A stretch of DNA of 64,000 nt from Tubulanus polymorphus (lineage: Eukaryota; Animalia; Nemertea): assembly GCF_964204645.1 (NCBI RefSeq), contig NC_134032.1, positions 15,736,275 to 15,800,274 on the forward strand. The letters are read 5' to 3'. Shown here piece by piece: positions 1-13,200 of the stretch (positions are counted from its first letter, which is position 1; each line of letters opens with the position of its first letter). Below the pieces are notes generated by a model, which saw nothing but the letters and a program-made list of their open reading frames with translations, searched no databases and was not told where the DNA came from. The translations under genes and the position numbers were made by a program.

Positions 1-340
1 TTCATAACTGGATATATTTACGAGGATAGTATTTATAAGGTAAGACTAGCTTCATTACTTTTGAAGTTGTTAGATTGGCTATAGAACTAAAATGGGTTTA
101 GACTGGTCTAAAGTTGTTAGATTGGTTATAGAACCGATACGAGTTTAGACTTGTTTTATGACAGCTAATCACTGATCCCTGAGATGGATAGAAGCTTCCA
201 TCCGAACTGTCAGTAAAACAGATTTTATAATTGTTGTACGTTCATATTGAGGGTTTTTTTCTAAATAGCCATATTGATTTCGGGTGAATCCACCGCGTAA
301 AGAAAGGGTCCAATTTTTAAGATCGCTTCTTGATTTCTAG

Positions 341-1328
341 ATCTGCAAGCCGATGAGTAAAATGACGGAGTCGCCGATTTCTAGGAGCAAGAAATACTCC
401 AGTGAGAGTTTCTCTTCGCTGATCTCAGAATGCAATCAACTGATGCACAATAGATGGAGCAAGTTGAAACCGGACTCCCCGCCAGAACCGCACAGACCAG
501 GTCAGTTTATACCAAACCCAAGGGGCCAGTTTTTCAATCATAGCTTATGGACTTAAGCCCAATGGTCTTGGTTCTACAGATTGGCCTTAAATTATCAGAT
601 TGGTTATTGAACTAAAAAACAGTTAATTTTCGGGTTGTTATTTTTTTTTTTAATTTCTCATATACAGGTCTGCTGCCATCGCGTAAAGAATCCACTACCA
701 CCAACGCACACGGCGATTATCGGTACAATCCCGCACACGGCGACTACAGCCCATCGGCGACGCACACCACCTCCACAGGAAAATACATCTATCTCGCGTA
801 CGAAAAAGAGTAAGTATTTTTAGAAATAAAAACCCAGTTTCCAGTTCCACAGTTGTGAGTTAGAGTTAACTCTGAGTTAAAATTAGTTCATTTTCAATGA
901 GTTAACTCAGGGTCAAATCTTAACTCAGAACTGTGGAACTGGACCCAGTTTAATAGCTATGAGTAACTCTATTAGCTGGATTATATACATCTGTCCAAAT
1001 CTTGCCTGAACTTGAAATTTTGATATTTCAGTTATCTTACATTAGTTTACGTATAAATATATATAATCTCCTTGATTATCTCGGATTAAAGAATATCTAA
1101 TCGTTTTATTACGTGTTAATCCGCGTTGGATTATCTAACACATTAATCCCATCAATGTCAGATGACCTCACTCATAAAATGATTTATTTTATTTTTTATT
1201 TTAGAACGAATAATAACGAATTGGGGACAGCGGAACTGGGAACTCCCTCAGTGGTACCGGGCACTCCTCCATCGGCATCGACTCCGTTGCTGGAGCCAGA
1301 CCTACTCAACAGGAGCACGTCGTTCTAG
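341..1328 (+). CDS. 3' end (last three coding exons) of an unidentified protein-coding gene
   Basis: Exons 341-500, 668-809, 1205-1328 with AG/GT sites and matching phases (1, 2) give one frame: ICKPMSKMTESPISRSKKYSSESFSSLISECNQLMHNRWSKLKPDSPPEPHRPGLLPSRKESTTTNAHGDYRYNPAHGDYSPSATHTTSTGKYIYLAYEKETNNNELGTAELGTPSVVPGTPPSASTPLLEPDLLNRSTSF*. AATAAA at 1440-1445. Family not recognised. Confidence 0.75.
841..945. mobile_element. Palindromic PIF/Harbinger-like MITE, family A
   Basis: CCAGTTCCACAGTTGTGAGTTA...TAACTCAGAACTGTGGAACTGG; near-identical copies at 44457-44564, 52103-52409 (about 3) and 52756-52865. Confidence 0.75.
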
Positions 1329-1722
1329 GAGACTAAAAACACAATCGCGCTTTGTGGAAATATATCATATCTATAATTCGACAATTCTAATATAAAAACA
1401 AACTGTACAAAAATTGATAGTTATCATTATTAATATTATAATAAAATTAGAATATAAACTTACCCGAAAGTGCTAAACTAGTTTTTATATCAGTTTCGTT
1501 CAGGGCTGACCCACATTTTATTTGAATCTGCGGCCCCAGATCTGCTGTATACCCAGCCATCTATTGGAGTTGTCTCAAATCAAGACTGGCCTAAATCAAA
1601 TCCATGTAGAAAGACGCCAAGATGGTAAAAAAGACTTGTACTGACACGTGTTAGACGCAATACACTTGACAGTACCATGTTCAGGATTTTCTAACTTGTT
1701 TCATGGTTGATAACTCCCTAAT

Positions 1723-1914
1723 GGGAGTGAGCCGATCCTGGAGGTACTGCAATACCAGGCCAACTCGTGGCGAAGGCGGAGCAAGCCCCTGACTCTTCAC
1801 CTAGTGCCAAAAATCAGTTTAATATCGAAGCTCCCCGATGGGGAGCGTATCAGATATTAAGCTGATAAGAACAGATACTACACTTTGATCTTAGCCAATA
1901 GGCCGAGAAGCGAT
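1723..1914 (-). ncRNA. U2: U2 spliceosomal snRNA
   Basis: Minus strand starts ATCGCTTCTCGGCCTATTGGCTAAGATCAAAGTGTAGTATCTGTTCTTATCAG (branch-site pairing GTAGTA), Sm site ATTTTTGG, stem-loop IV loop ATTGCAGTACC; about 190 nt. 3' end approximate. Confidence 0.97.
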
Positions 1915-1935
1915 ACCGTTCAGACTTCGCGATTT

Positions 1936-1975
1936 CTTATATACGAAAACCCGATCTCTGTGGGGCTAGGTGCCG
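1936..1975 (-). promoter_or_regulatory. Candidate U2 promoter: TATATAAG at -29..-22 and PSE-position element at about -50..-60
   Basis: Positions relative to U2 +1 (1914); PSE assignment is positional only. Confidence 0.4.
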
Positions 1976-2589
1976 ACTTTGACGCATAGAAACTGACATT
2001 AAATATCTTTATCCGCGGTGTTTAATTTCGTAGAAATATTCGTCTTAAAGAGCAAAAAATTCCCTGAAATATTTGAGGTATTTTTACCGCTTTCGAAATC
2101 AGCGAATGTATTGAAAATTGGGTTTTTAATCCTTTCGTCTAAATTCTCTAAACGACAAATGCATAATTTGGCATTATTCAAATATTGCATTGTGTTCGAG
2201 CTATTCATAAATGCGTTATGAATGAATACAATAATCGATCGATTGAGGCCAAACGATCACAAAGTGCGCTTTACACAGAGCGCCGCGGCAGGCGAGAGCT
2301 ATTACAATGTGTGGTGTACACACACAGTGTAACACAATGTAACTAGTTTCTCCTCGCTGTCCGTCAGATCAGCTGCTGTCTCTATCATAAAACAACCATA
2401 TCCCTGTCATTATATGAAAGCATTGCCTTGAGCCCAGCTCCACGGTTGTGAATTAAATATTTTAAGAGGTTGGATGGATGCAGGCTCCAAACTGCAGATT
2501 GGAATGGTGATAAGCTTTTTTAATCGGTTTATAGGCCTACCCATGTAAAAATACCCGACCATGAAACTAAACCACAGACTAAGGTAGCT

Positions 2590-2940
2590 CCAGACTGCAG
2601 ATTGTGTGAAGGGCTGCAGGTTCCAGACAGCAGATTGTCTGAAGGGGTACAGGTTCCAGAGATTGTCTGAAGGGGTACAGGTTATAGGCTGCAGATTGTC
2701 TGAAGGGGTACAGGTTCCAGAGATTGTCTGAAGGGGTACAGGTTATAGGCTGCAGATTGTCTGAAGGGGTGCAGGTTACAGGCTGTAGATTGTCTGAAGG
2801 GGTACAGGTTACAGGCTGTAGATTGCCTGTAGGGGTGCAGGTTACAGATTGTCTGTAGAAGCCCAGAGTCCCGGCTGCAGATTGTCCGAGGGGTACAGGT
2901 TGCACATTGAGTGGGACAGGCCAAAGCTGCAGATTGTCTC
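2590..2940. repeat. Minisatellite, mixed 25/33-bp units (CAGATTGTCTGAAGGGGTACAGGTT)
   Basis: Direct tandem repeats. Confidence 0.9.
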
Positions 2941-3271
2941 AGGTACGAAGGTGCAGGCGCCACAGATCTACATCTGTGTGAATCGATAAAACAAAGAAGC
3001 TACAACTTAAACATATATGTTCAGAATACAAAATGGTCTCTATCTATTTATTTGTCCTATCTTAATTTTTTCATGAAGCATTCAATGATACAAGAAAATA
3101 TCATTCCGGAAATTACAAACACGCAATAAAAACAACTCCTCGATTTAATAAATAAACTAGTTCACACACAAATATAGAAAAAATTCATTGATCCAACCTA
3201 AAAGTGTAGTAGTGTGAATTTACTATAATATTTGATTTCAATGCAGATCAATTCAAAAACAATTTTACACC

Positions 3272-3457
3272 CAGGCGCGTTGGAAGCAATTTTTGATTGC
3301 TGCGGCCAAATGCCGATTTTGGAAAGGTTCTAATTATTGCCGCGGCGAATTTACTTAATTTCTTCAAAAAGGTGGTATTCAAAGAAAAAAAAACGTTATT
3401 CAGTAAATTATTGCAGCGGCTTTCACAGCTGCAGTCACTGCACTTACAACGCCACCG
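3272..3457. mobile_element. 186-bp non-autonomous DNA transposon with 5-bp TSD (ACACC), hAT5-like
   Basis: CAGGCGCGTTGGAAGC...CTTACAACGCCACCG flanked by ACACC; full paralogue at 47383-47568, partial at about 35285-35400. Confidence 0.7.
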
Positions 3458-4104
3458 ACACCCTATAGACCCTTGATTTACAGACCCCTATCCAGTTTCA
3501 ATGCAACTACATATACTCTGACAATCTAGTATGAAAATATAACAACAGCTCGTAAAAATATCTTATTGAAAATCTCACACATATTTTGTATATTATTGTA
3601 TAAAGCATTAGATAGCGAATTATAGAAATTTCAATACATACAATCAGACATATTATCGGATAAATAATGTATATTTTACCCTAATTTGCATAAATCATGT
3701 CTATTTCATTTGAATTTGCATAAATCATGTACATTAACATCACAGGCGGTTATATACCCAGTTGAACAGTTCGGAAATGTTACACCATTATGGAATGAAA
3801 TTTAACCAATCCCTGTGGGGAACTAGGTCTATTGTGGAATTGTTGTGGAATTGGGTCCACTATGGAACTACTGTGGAATTGGGTCTACTGTGACTGTGAC
3901 TAAACTATATTTTATTTTCCTGTCATTAAGAGAAAAACATTTTTTTCCGTATTCTGTGAGTTCAAGGCCATGCGGAGTGACGAAATGTCCGCTATAAGTT
4001 GCTAGCCGAATAAGCTGGTGATATGTAACAGAGAAGTAATGTTGGCTGTCAGTTTTTAGTTCCCGGATGATTAAAGATGTCTAATCTTTGTCAAAAATGT
4101 TTGT

Positions 4105-4378
4105 CTAAACCTTTGGAATTGAGGTTTAAACCATCAGAGTTAAAGGTTTAAACCTTTGGGATTGAGGTTCAAACCATCAGAGTTAATGGTCTAAACCTTT
4201 GGGATTGAGGTTCAAACCATCAGAGTTAAAGGTTTAAACCTTTGGGATTGAGGTTCAAACCATCAGAGTTAAAGGTCTAAACCTTTGGGATTGAGGTTCA
4301 AACCATCAGAGTTAAAGGTTTAAACCTTTGGGATTGAAGTTCAAACCATCAGAGTAAAAGGTCTAAACCTTTGGGATA
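4105..4378. repeat. 43-bp tandem repeat (about 6 copies) overlapping the cathepsin B stop codon and 3' UTR
   Basis: Unit TAAACCTTTGGGATTGAGGTTCAAACCATCAGAGTTAAAGGT(T/C). Confidence 0.9.
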
Positions 4379-7300
4379 CCGGCGCAAACTTGACTTTCAA
4401 TTCCGCATTCATCTTTTCCGCGAATAATCTTGAAGAAACCTTGACGAAAATAGAAAATAGAAATTAAGAATCACTTTGCGGTTTTTTTTTTCGGTTTGCT
4501 GTTAATCTTATTTGAAACAACGTCTCTGCTAACATACCTTTATCTCCCCAATCTGGGTTCCATGAGTTGGCGACGAGCCAGTAAGGGGTACCATCTTCAA
4601 CTCCCCATCCGAGTATTTTGATAGCGTGACCTCCGAGTTGACCACCACTAGTGTGCTGATATACACCTATAACATTACATTACAATGAAAACTTAAATTC
4701 TATATTGTAGCCTTCAGTAGTATGTACATTTTAGACATCAGTAGTAAGTACATTGTAGACATCGGTGGTATGTACATTGTAGCAATCAATGGTATGTACA
4801 TTGTAGACATCAGTGGTATGTACATTGTAGCAATCAATGGTATGTACATTGTAGACATCAGTGGTATGTACATTGTAGACATCAATGGTATGTACATTGT
4901 AGACATCAATGGTATGTACATTGTAGACATCAATGGTATGTACATTGTAGACATCAGTGGTATGTACATTGTAGCAATCAATGGTATGTACATTGTAGAC
5001 ATCAGTGGTATGTACATTGTAGCAATCAATGGTATGTACATTGTATTTTTCAGTGGTATACAGTGTTGACTGTACAATGGGATACCGGCAATACTATGGT
5101 GGCTATCCTATTTTGGGTATGATATGGAGTGGTATGGCGTATATTGGGTATGGTTTGCAATAACTAATTCTTACCACTTTTATAACTGGGGAAATCAGCG
5201 TAGACAGTAAAAGCAGCTTCTACCGGACCGTTAGTCATTATTTCGTTCATTATTTGTTGAGGTTCAGATTGTATGCTGTAAACAGTAGCGCCTACAAACA
5301 TATAACAACATAACAAATATAGCTGCAAAGCGGCGATAACGGGTTTTCTGCCTTTCACATGTGATGCGAAGAGATTGAAATGCAAAATAAATAAAACGAC
5401 AACAATTAACATTTCTATTCATCCCTATACTACCACATTTATTAGAAAGCGCCACCTACAGTTGTCAATTCAGTTTACGAGTTAAGATACAATTAATAGG
5501 GATCATTCATTTATTATGTATGCATAAAATTTGAATTTTTCAACCCCCCCTCCCCCTGTACGCAAAATCAGCCATTCTTTCATATACATTAAGCATTACA
5601 GTACGCAATTGCACTGATCCCTCCCCCTCCCCTAATGCGTACGTAATAAATGAATAATACCACAATATTAACGCGAAATAATCTTAAGTCTGAAAATTTT
5701 TCCCTGAACTAGAAGTTTATTCTCAGTTTCAACCATATTGTCCGTTCCCCGAAATAACACAAAGAAAATCAAATCCATTGAAGAGTGTTATTTACATGTA
5801 AAAGTGGACCATGTCATACATACCAAAGTGTTTATCTTTGCGGTAAGGTGTGGTGTAGCTTGTTTCACATTGCTGAATACATTTAGGAGTTGGTAGTTCC
5901 CCTTTACACGCAGGTTTCGGTCCGACTACATGGTGTTCACACGACGGAATCGTATACGGCCGACATCCCTGAAAATAACTCACACTGTCAGTCCTTACCC
6001 CGCCGTAAACAAATCAGATGAACCCGAGCCCCAGTAATATTGCCGTGCCCGTGCCGAATCGGAGAGCAGTGACCAGTCATAATTGAAAGGCCGGGGTTCA
6101 GTAGAAACCAAAAAGCCTTTTCTCAGATAAAGCAGACAAGTCAGTGGACTCTATTGGGGTTCTGGCCTCGGTTTTAGATATTTTTGATAAAAAAAGTCAG
6201 AAAGGTTGCAATATCCTGGGCCTAACTCGATTCAATTTCAAATGAGTTAGTTCCAGGGTTAAAGTTAATACTAGTCTATAAAACAAGCCCCTGGCGTGAG
6301 AAAGTTACACTTACAACAAACTATTGCCGGTCATTTTTTTCTAGAATCACTCAGAAAATGATCCAGTCTTTCAAAATTTTCTCAAGGGCGGACCCCCAAA
6401 CCCCCATTTCAAAATTCCCAGATCAGTCCATGAGAGGAGTTGACTGCGTGTATTTATATTTCAAAGATTTTGCTGTTTTTCGCAGTTGTTTTGTAGGCAT
6501 AGTTTTATCAAGTACGGTAGACTATAATGGCTGACATTCATATCAGCCATTATAGTCTACCGTACTCGAATCAAACTACACCTACGTTTGATCGCATTGA
6601 GTCACGAGTTTCAATTCTCGCGGTCTCGTGGCTATCACGATAATCATAAATCACAAGACTTGACAAATCAGAACGTGATATAGAAAAATAAGATCATTGT
6701 TTTTCACAGAATTATTATCAGCAGACAGCGGTAACCTTCACATGGCCCTCTGATTACTCAGTAAATTGACATATACCGATACGTATAAGAGTATTAAAAT
6801 GGCTGGGGTATAAAACCAAAAAATGTGAAACACTCTGAGCAGCTTCGCTGGATTCAGCGCCATATAATAAATACACTCATTAGAGACCTCAACCGACCAG
6901 GGGCGGATCTATTTTCGGGTATCTGGACCCCTGACTTCTTAATGAGATTCATGCCTTTTTATATCAAATCGAGGCAGAGCTCATCATAAATTTGACACTG
7001 ATCCAATCAGAATATTGCGCCCATTCAAAGTTTTCCTACACCCAGGTTGGAACCTGCTTGAGTGCATGGCTCAACTTCTTTTTTTGTTGTACCCCTGTGC
7101 TTCAATTTCTCTAGATCCAGTCGAAGTCTAAGATGACCCTCAGACACTCGTAGAAGGATTAGAGATGACCGCCTCTTACTCAGTAGCATTGTCAGGACTA
7201 CTGTAAATATTTCACCGGAGTTGACCGGAAAATCAGCTGACAATCGAGGAAATGGTTTAACCAAAAAAATTTCAAACATTATTCACTGATTTGACTCTGA

Positions 7301-9269
7301 TATCGCGTAAGGATGAGAGTGTTTTCGTTACCTGATGACTGTTATATTGACCTCCTGATACAAGTCCAGTATTTTTGAAAAATGACCATGCAGCCTGTGG
7401 GTATCCGCCATTACAACTAGAAAATGCATATCAGATTATAGAAAACAACTTGAATACGATAAATATAGCCTACCAATCACAGGGCTAATTCTTAGCCTGG
7501 TTAGCCAGGTCAAAGTCTTTCTTAAAGCTCAAACCAGGATTCTTACAGATCAGGAATCCAAAATTTCCCTGACCCTTGACCACAAACTCCCTGTTCAAAT
7601 TATAAGATATCCTCAGTGAGGGACGTTTCTTATCAAGAGGTTCTTTGTGCCACTCGTCACCAGCAGGAACAACAAGACACCAAAAATTCAAATTCCCTGA
7701 TTGAATTATAAGATATTCTCAGTGAGGGCTGTTTCTTATCAAGAGGTTCTTTGTGCCACTCGTCACCAGCAGGAACAACAAGACACCAAAAATTCAAATT
7801 CCCTGATTGAATTATAAGATATTCTCAGTGAGGACTGTTTCTTATCAAGAGGTTGATCTTGTGTCACTCATCACCAGCAAGAACAACAAGACACCAAAAA
7901 TTCAAATTCCCTGCTGATTTTCACTGCAAAAAATAACCCTACAATTTCCTGATCTGTAAAAACCCAGAACGATTAATTAAACAAAGGTCCACGGACTCTT
8001 TTGTAAACATGCGATATTCAATTCTAATCTAAAGCTACGGGAGAAACTGGCAAAAGTAGCTTAAACATATATAACGATACGCTGATAAGCATCTGACAGT
8101 TATCATGGTTTTACTCTGCCACGTTCCTCCCTCGACAGGGATTTGAACCTGATGACATTGTGAGACTCTGCGACGTTCCTCTCTCGACAGGGATTCGAAC
8201 CTGATGACAGGTCGTGAGACTCTGCCACGTTCCTCCCTCGGCAGGGATTCGAACCTGATGACAGGTCGTGAGACTCTGCCTTGACGCACAACTCTGTCTG
8301 ATTAGCCCTCAATGTGCAGGTACATATGTCCCGAAGCCAATCAGATTGTCCGATGTATAATAATCACTGAGGCTAATTCAAGAGTAGAATAACCCGGGCT
8401 AAAACTGGATTTCTGATTGGCTAATAATGACATCATATAAGCTGCGTACCCGGTCTAGTGTGGCAGGGTTTTGTGCCGTGGCTGAGTCCATCGATGCCAT
8501 CAATTTCGAATCTCTGCCGGGGGATACTTGGATATTAAAGATCGAATAAGTATGGAGTGTCTTTGTCTATTTAAACCTAGCAGTTTATACAGTATACCTG
8601 ACCACTTTTATAGGCACCCCCAGACACAACACCTACATCGCGATAATAAATCCACGCTCGACTTAGCAATCCCCCGTGACAACTGAAATCGAATCCAACA
8701 ATGTAAGAAAATCATCGAATACGCAGAAGAATTTCAACCAAGACGTGTCAATAAAATTAGTTCTGAATTTAAGTTGTCTGATTCTTATCGAATTGTTTTT
8801 GAAATCCAAAGAACGGCTTATATTCTACATGAACCTAATAAATAAATGTGGTCTCCCTAACACTCCCTCTCTCTCTCTCTGTCTCTGTCTCTGTCTCTGT
8901 CTCTGTCTCTGTCTCTGTCTCTCTCTCTGTCTCTCTCTCTGTCTCTCTCTCTCTCTGTCTCTCTCTCTCTGTCTCTCTCTCTCTGTCTCTCTCTCTCTGT
9001 CTCTCTCTCTCTGTCTCTCTCTCTCTGTCTCTCTCTCTCTGTCTCTCTCTCTCTGTCTCTCTCTCTCTGTCTCTCTCTCTCTGTCTCTCTCTCTCTGTCT
9101 CTCTCTCTCTGTCTCTCTCTCTCTGTCTCTCTCTCTCTGTCTCTCTCTCTCTGTCTCTCTCTCTGTCTCTCTCTCTCTGTCTCTCTCTCTCTGTCTCTCC
9201 CTCTCTGTCTCTCTCTCTCTGTCTCTCTCTCTCTGTCTCTCTCTCTCTGTCTCTCTCTCTCTGTCTCTC

Positions 9270-9313
<44 letters not shown>

Positions 9314-10178
9314 TGTCTCTCTCTCTCTGTCTCTCTCTCTCTCTGTCTCTCTCTCTCTGTCTCTCTCTCTCTGTCTCTCTCTCTCTGTCTCTCTCTCTCT
9401 GTCTCTCTCTCTCTGTCTCTCTCTCTCTGTCTCTCTCTCTCTGTCTCTCTCTCTCTGTCTCTCTCTCTCTCTGTCTCTCTCTCTCTGTCTCTCTCTCTCT
9501 GTCTCTCTCTCTCTGTCTCTCTGTCTCTCTCTCTCTGTCTCTCTCTCACTGTCTCTCTCTCACTGTCTCTCTCTCACTGTCTCTCTTCCCTCTCTCACTG
9601 TCTCTCTGCCCTCTCTCTCTTCCCTCTCTCTCTGTCTCTCTGCCCTCTCTCACTGTCTCTCTGCCCTCTCTCTCTGTCTCTCTGTCCTCTCTCACTGTCT
9701 CTCTGTCCTCTCTCTCTTCCCTCTCTCACTGTCTCTCTTCCCTCTCTCACTGTCTCTCTGCCCTCTCTCTCTTCCCTCTCTCTCTGTCTCTCTGCCCTCT
9801 CTCTCTTCCCTCTCTCTCTGTCTCTCTGTCTCTCTGCCCTCTCTCTCTGTCTCTCTGCCCTCTCTCTCTCTTTCTCTGCCCTCTCTCTCCCTCTCTCTGC
9901 CCTCTCTCACTGTCTCTCTTCCCTCTCTCACTGTCTCTCTGCCCTCTCTCTCTTCCCTCTCTCTCTGTCTCTCTGTCTCTCTGCCCTCTCTCTCTGTCTC
10001 TCTGTCCTCTCTCTCTTCCCTCTCTCTCTGTCTCTCTGCCCTCTCTCTCTGTCTCTCTGTCCTCTCTCTCTTCCCTCTCTCACTGTCTCTCTGCCCTCTC
10101 TCTCTGTCTCTCTGTCCTCTCTCTCTGTCTCTCTGTCCTCTCTCTCTTCCCTCTCTCACTGTCTCTCTCTCTCTCTCA

Positions 10179-10239
<61 letters not shown>

Positions 10240-13200
10240 CTCTCTCTCTCTCTCTCTGCCCTCTCTCTCTGTCTCTCTGCCCTCTCTCTCTCTCTCTGCC
10301 CTCTCTCTCTGTCTCTCTGCCCTCTCTCTCTGTCTCTCTGCCCTCTCTCTCTGTCTCTCTGCCCTCTCTCTCTTCCATCTCTCACTGTCTCTCTGTCCTC
10401 TCTCACTGTCTCTCTGCCCTCTCTCTCTGTCTCTCTGTCCTCTCTCTCTGTCCTCTCTCTCTCTCTCTCTTCCCTCTCTCACTGTCTCTCTGCCCTCTCT
10501 CACTGTCTCTCTGCCCTCTCTCTCTTCCCTCTCTCACTGTCTCTCTGCCCTCTCTCTCTGTCTCTCTGCCCTCTCTCACTGTCTCTCTGTCCTCTCTCTC
10601 TTCCCTCTCTCACTGTCTCTCTGCCCTCTCTCTCTGTCTCTCTGCCCTCTCTCACTGTCTCTCTGTCCTCTCTCTCTTCCCTCTCTCACTGTCTCTCTGT
10701 CCTCTCTCTCTTCCCTCTCTCACTGTCTCTCTTCCCTCTCTCACTGTCTCTCTGCCCTCTCTCTCTGTCTCTCTGCCCTTTCTCACTGTCTCTCTGTCCT
10801 CTCTCTCTGTCCTCTCTCACTGTCTCTCTGCCCTCTTTCTCTGTCTCTGTCTGCCCTCTCTCTCTGTCTCTCTGCCCTCTCTCTCTTCCCTCTCTCACTG
10901 TCTCTCTGTCCTCTCTCTCTGTCCTCTCTCACTGTCTCTCTTCCCTCTCTCACTGTCTCTCTGTCCTCTCTCTCTTCCCTCTCTCACTGTCTCTCTGCCC
11001 TCTCTCTCTTCCCTCTCTCACTGTCTCTCTGCCCTCTCTCACTGTCTCTCTGCCCTCTCTCACTGTCTCTCTGTCCTCTCTCTCTTCCCTCTCTCACTGT
11101 CTCTCTGCCCTCTCTCTCTTCCCTCTCTCACTGTCTCTCTGTCCTCTCTCTCTGTCCTCTCTCACTGTCTCTCTTCCCTCTCTCACTGTCTCTCTGTCCT
11201 CTCTCTCTTCCCTCTCTCACTGTCTCTCTGCCCTCTCTCTCTTCCCTCTCTCACTGTCTCTCTGCCCTCTCTCACTGTCTCTCTGCCCTCTCTCACTGTC
11301 TCTCTGTCCTCTCTCTCTTCCCTCTCTCACTGTCTCTCTGCCCTCTCTCACTGTCTCTCTGCCCTCTCTCTCTGTCTCTCTGCCCTCTCTCACTGTCTCT
11401 CTGCCCTCTCTCACTGTCTCTCTGCCCTCTCTCTCTTCCCTCTCTCACTGTCTCTCTGTCCTCTCTCTCTGTCCTCTCTCACTGTCTCTCTTCCCTCTCT
11501 CACTGTCTCTCTGCCCTCTCTCACTGTCTCTCTGTCCTCTCTCTCTTCCCTCTCTCACTGTCTCTCTGCCCTCTCTCACTGTCTCTCTGCCCTCTCTCTC
11601 TGTCTCTCTGCCCTCTCTCACTGTCTCTCTGCCCTCTCTCACTGTCTCTCTGCCCTCTCTCTCTTCCCTCTCTCACTGTCTCTCTTCCCTCTCTCACTGT
11701 CTCTCTGCCCTCTCTCTCTTCCCTCTCTCACTGTCTCTCTGTCCTCTCTCTCTTCCCTCTCTCTCTGTCTCTCTGTCCTCTCTCTCTTCCCTCTCTCACT
11801 GTCTCTCTGTCCTCTCTCTCTTCCCTCTCTCACTGTCTCTCTGCCCTCTCTCTCTGTCTCTCTGCCCTCTCTCACTGTCTCTCTGTCCTCTCTCTCTTCC
11901 CTCTCTCACTGTCTCTCTGTCCTCTCTCTCTTCCCTCTCTCACTGTCTCTCTGCCCTCTCTCTCTGTCTCTCTGCCCTCTCTCACTGTCCTCTCTCTCTT
12001 CCCTCTCTCTCTATCTCTCTGCCCTCTCTCTCTCTGTCTCTGTCTGCCCTCTCTGTCTGTCTCTCTTCTCTATCTCTCTGCCCTCTCTCTGTCTCTGTCT
12101 CTCTGCCCTCTCTCTGTCTCTGTCTGTCCCTTGTCCTCCCCACACTCTCCCCTCTCCCCAAAACAATACGTACCCGAATCCACACGACGTACAACACGTC
12201 ATCAAATCCTGAGCCGATACGTGAAAATTCACTCGACCGTTTGACGCGATGCAAGTTCGATCGGACATGGCTTCAGCAGCTCCGAATGCCTGCAAATACA
12301 CAACGCGTAAGCAACAATCACTAAACAACAAAATACAACAGAATTCAGCAGGGTCTCTACAGATCAGTCATTCTAGAATTAACGGACTTTACAAGCAGGG
12401 TCTCTACAGATCAGTCATTCTAGAATTAACGGACTTTACAAGCAGGGTCTCTACAGATCAGTCATTTCGAATTAACAGACTTTACAAGCAGGGTCTCTAC
12501 AGATCAGTCATTTAGAATTAACGGACTTTACAAGCAGGGTCTTTACAGATCAGTCATTTAGATTTAACGGACTTTACAAGCAGGGTCTCTACAGATCAGT
12601 CATTTAGAATTAACGGACTTTACAAGCAGATAACATTTAACAATCACTGCAGCAAAATACAACAGAATTCAGCAGGGTCTCTACAGATCAGTCATTCTAG
12701 AATTAAAGGACTTTACAAGCAGATAACATTTAACAATCACTGCAGCAAAATACAACAGAATTCAGCAGGTTCTCTACAGATCAGTCATTCTAGAATTAAA
12801 GGACTTTACAAGCAGGGTCTCTACAGATCAGTCATTCTAGAATTAAAGGACTTTACAAGCAGGGTCTCTACAGATCAGTCATTCTAGAATACAACAGAAT
12901 TCAGCAGGGTCTCTACAGATCAGTCATTCTAGAATACAACAGAATTCAGCAGGGTCTCTACAGATCAGTCATTCTAGAATACAACAGAATTCAGCAGGGT
13001 CTCTACAGATCAGTCATTCTAGAATACAACAGAATTCAGCAGGGTCTCTACAGATCAGTCATTCTAGAATACAACAGAATTCAGCAGGGTCTCTACAGAT
13101 CAGTCATTCTAGAATTAACGGACTTAACAAAGAGAAAATTTCAAATTTTGACAAGTGTATGCATCACTTTCAAATCTCAATTACTGTTGACTAATCCTAA

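Noticed and set aside
8113-8280. tRNA genes (also GGTTCGAACCC at about 35143)
   Set aside because: Isolated B-box-like motifs without cloverleaf; probably SINE fragments.
8676-12324. 1178-aa and 1158-aa Ser/Leu-rich ORFs and antisense Arg/Glu ORFs
   Set aside because: Translations of a CT microsatellite inside a cathepsin B intron; stop-free by composition.
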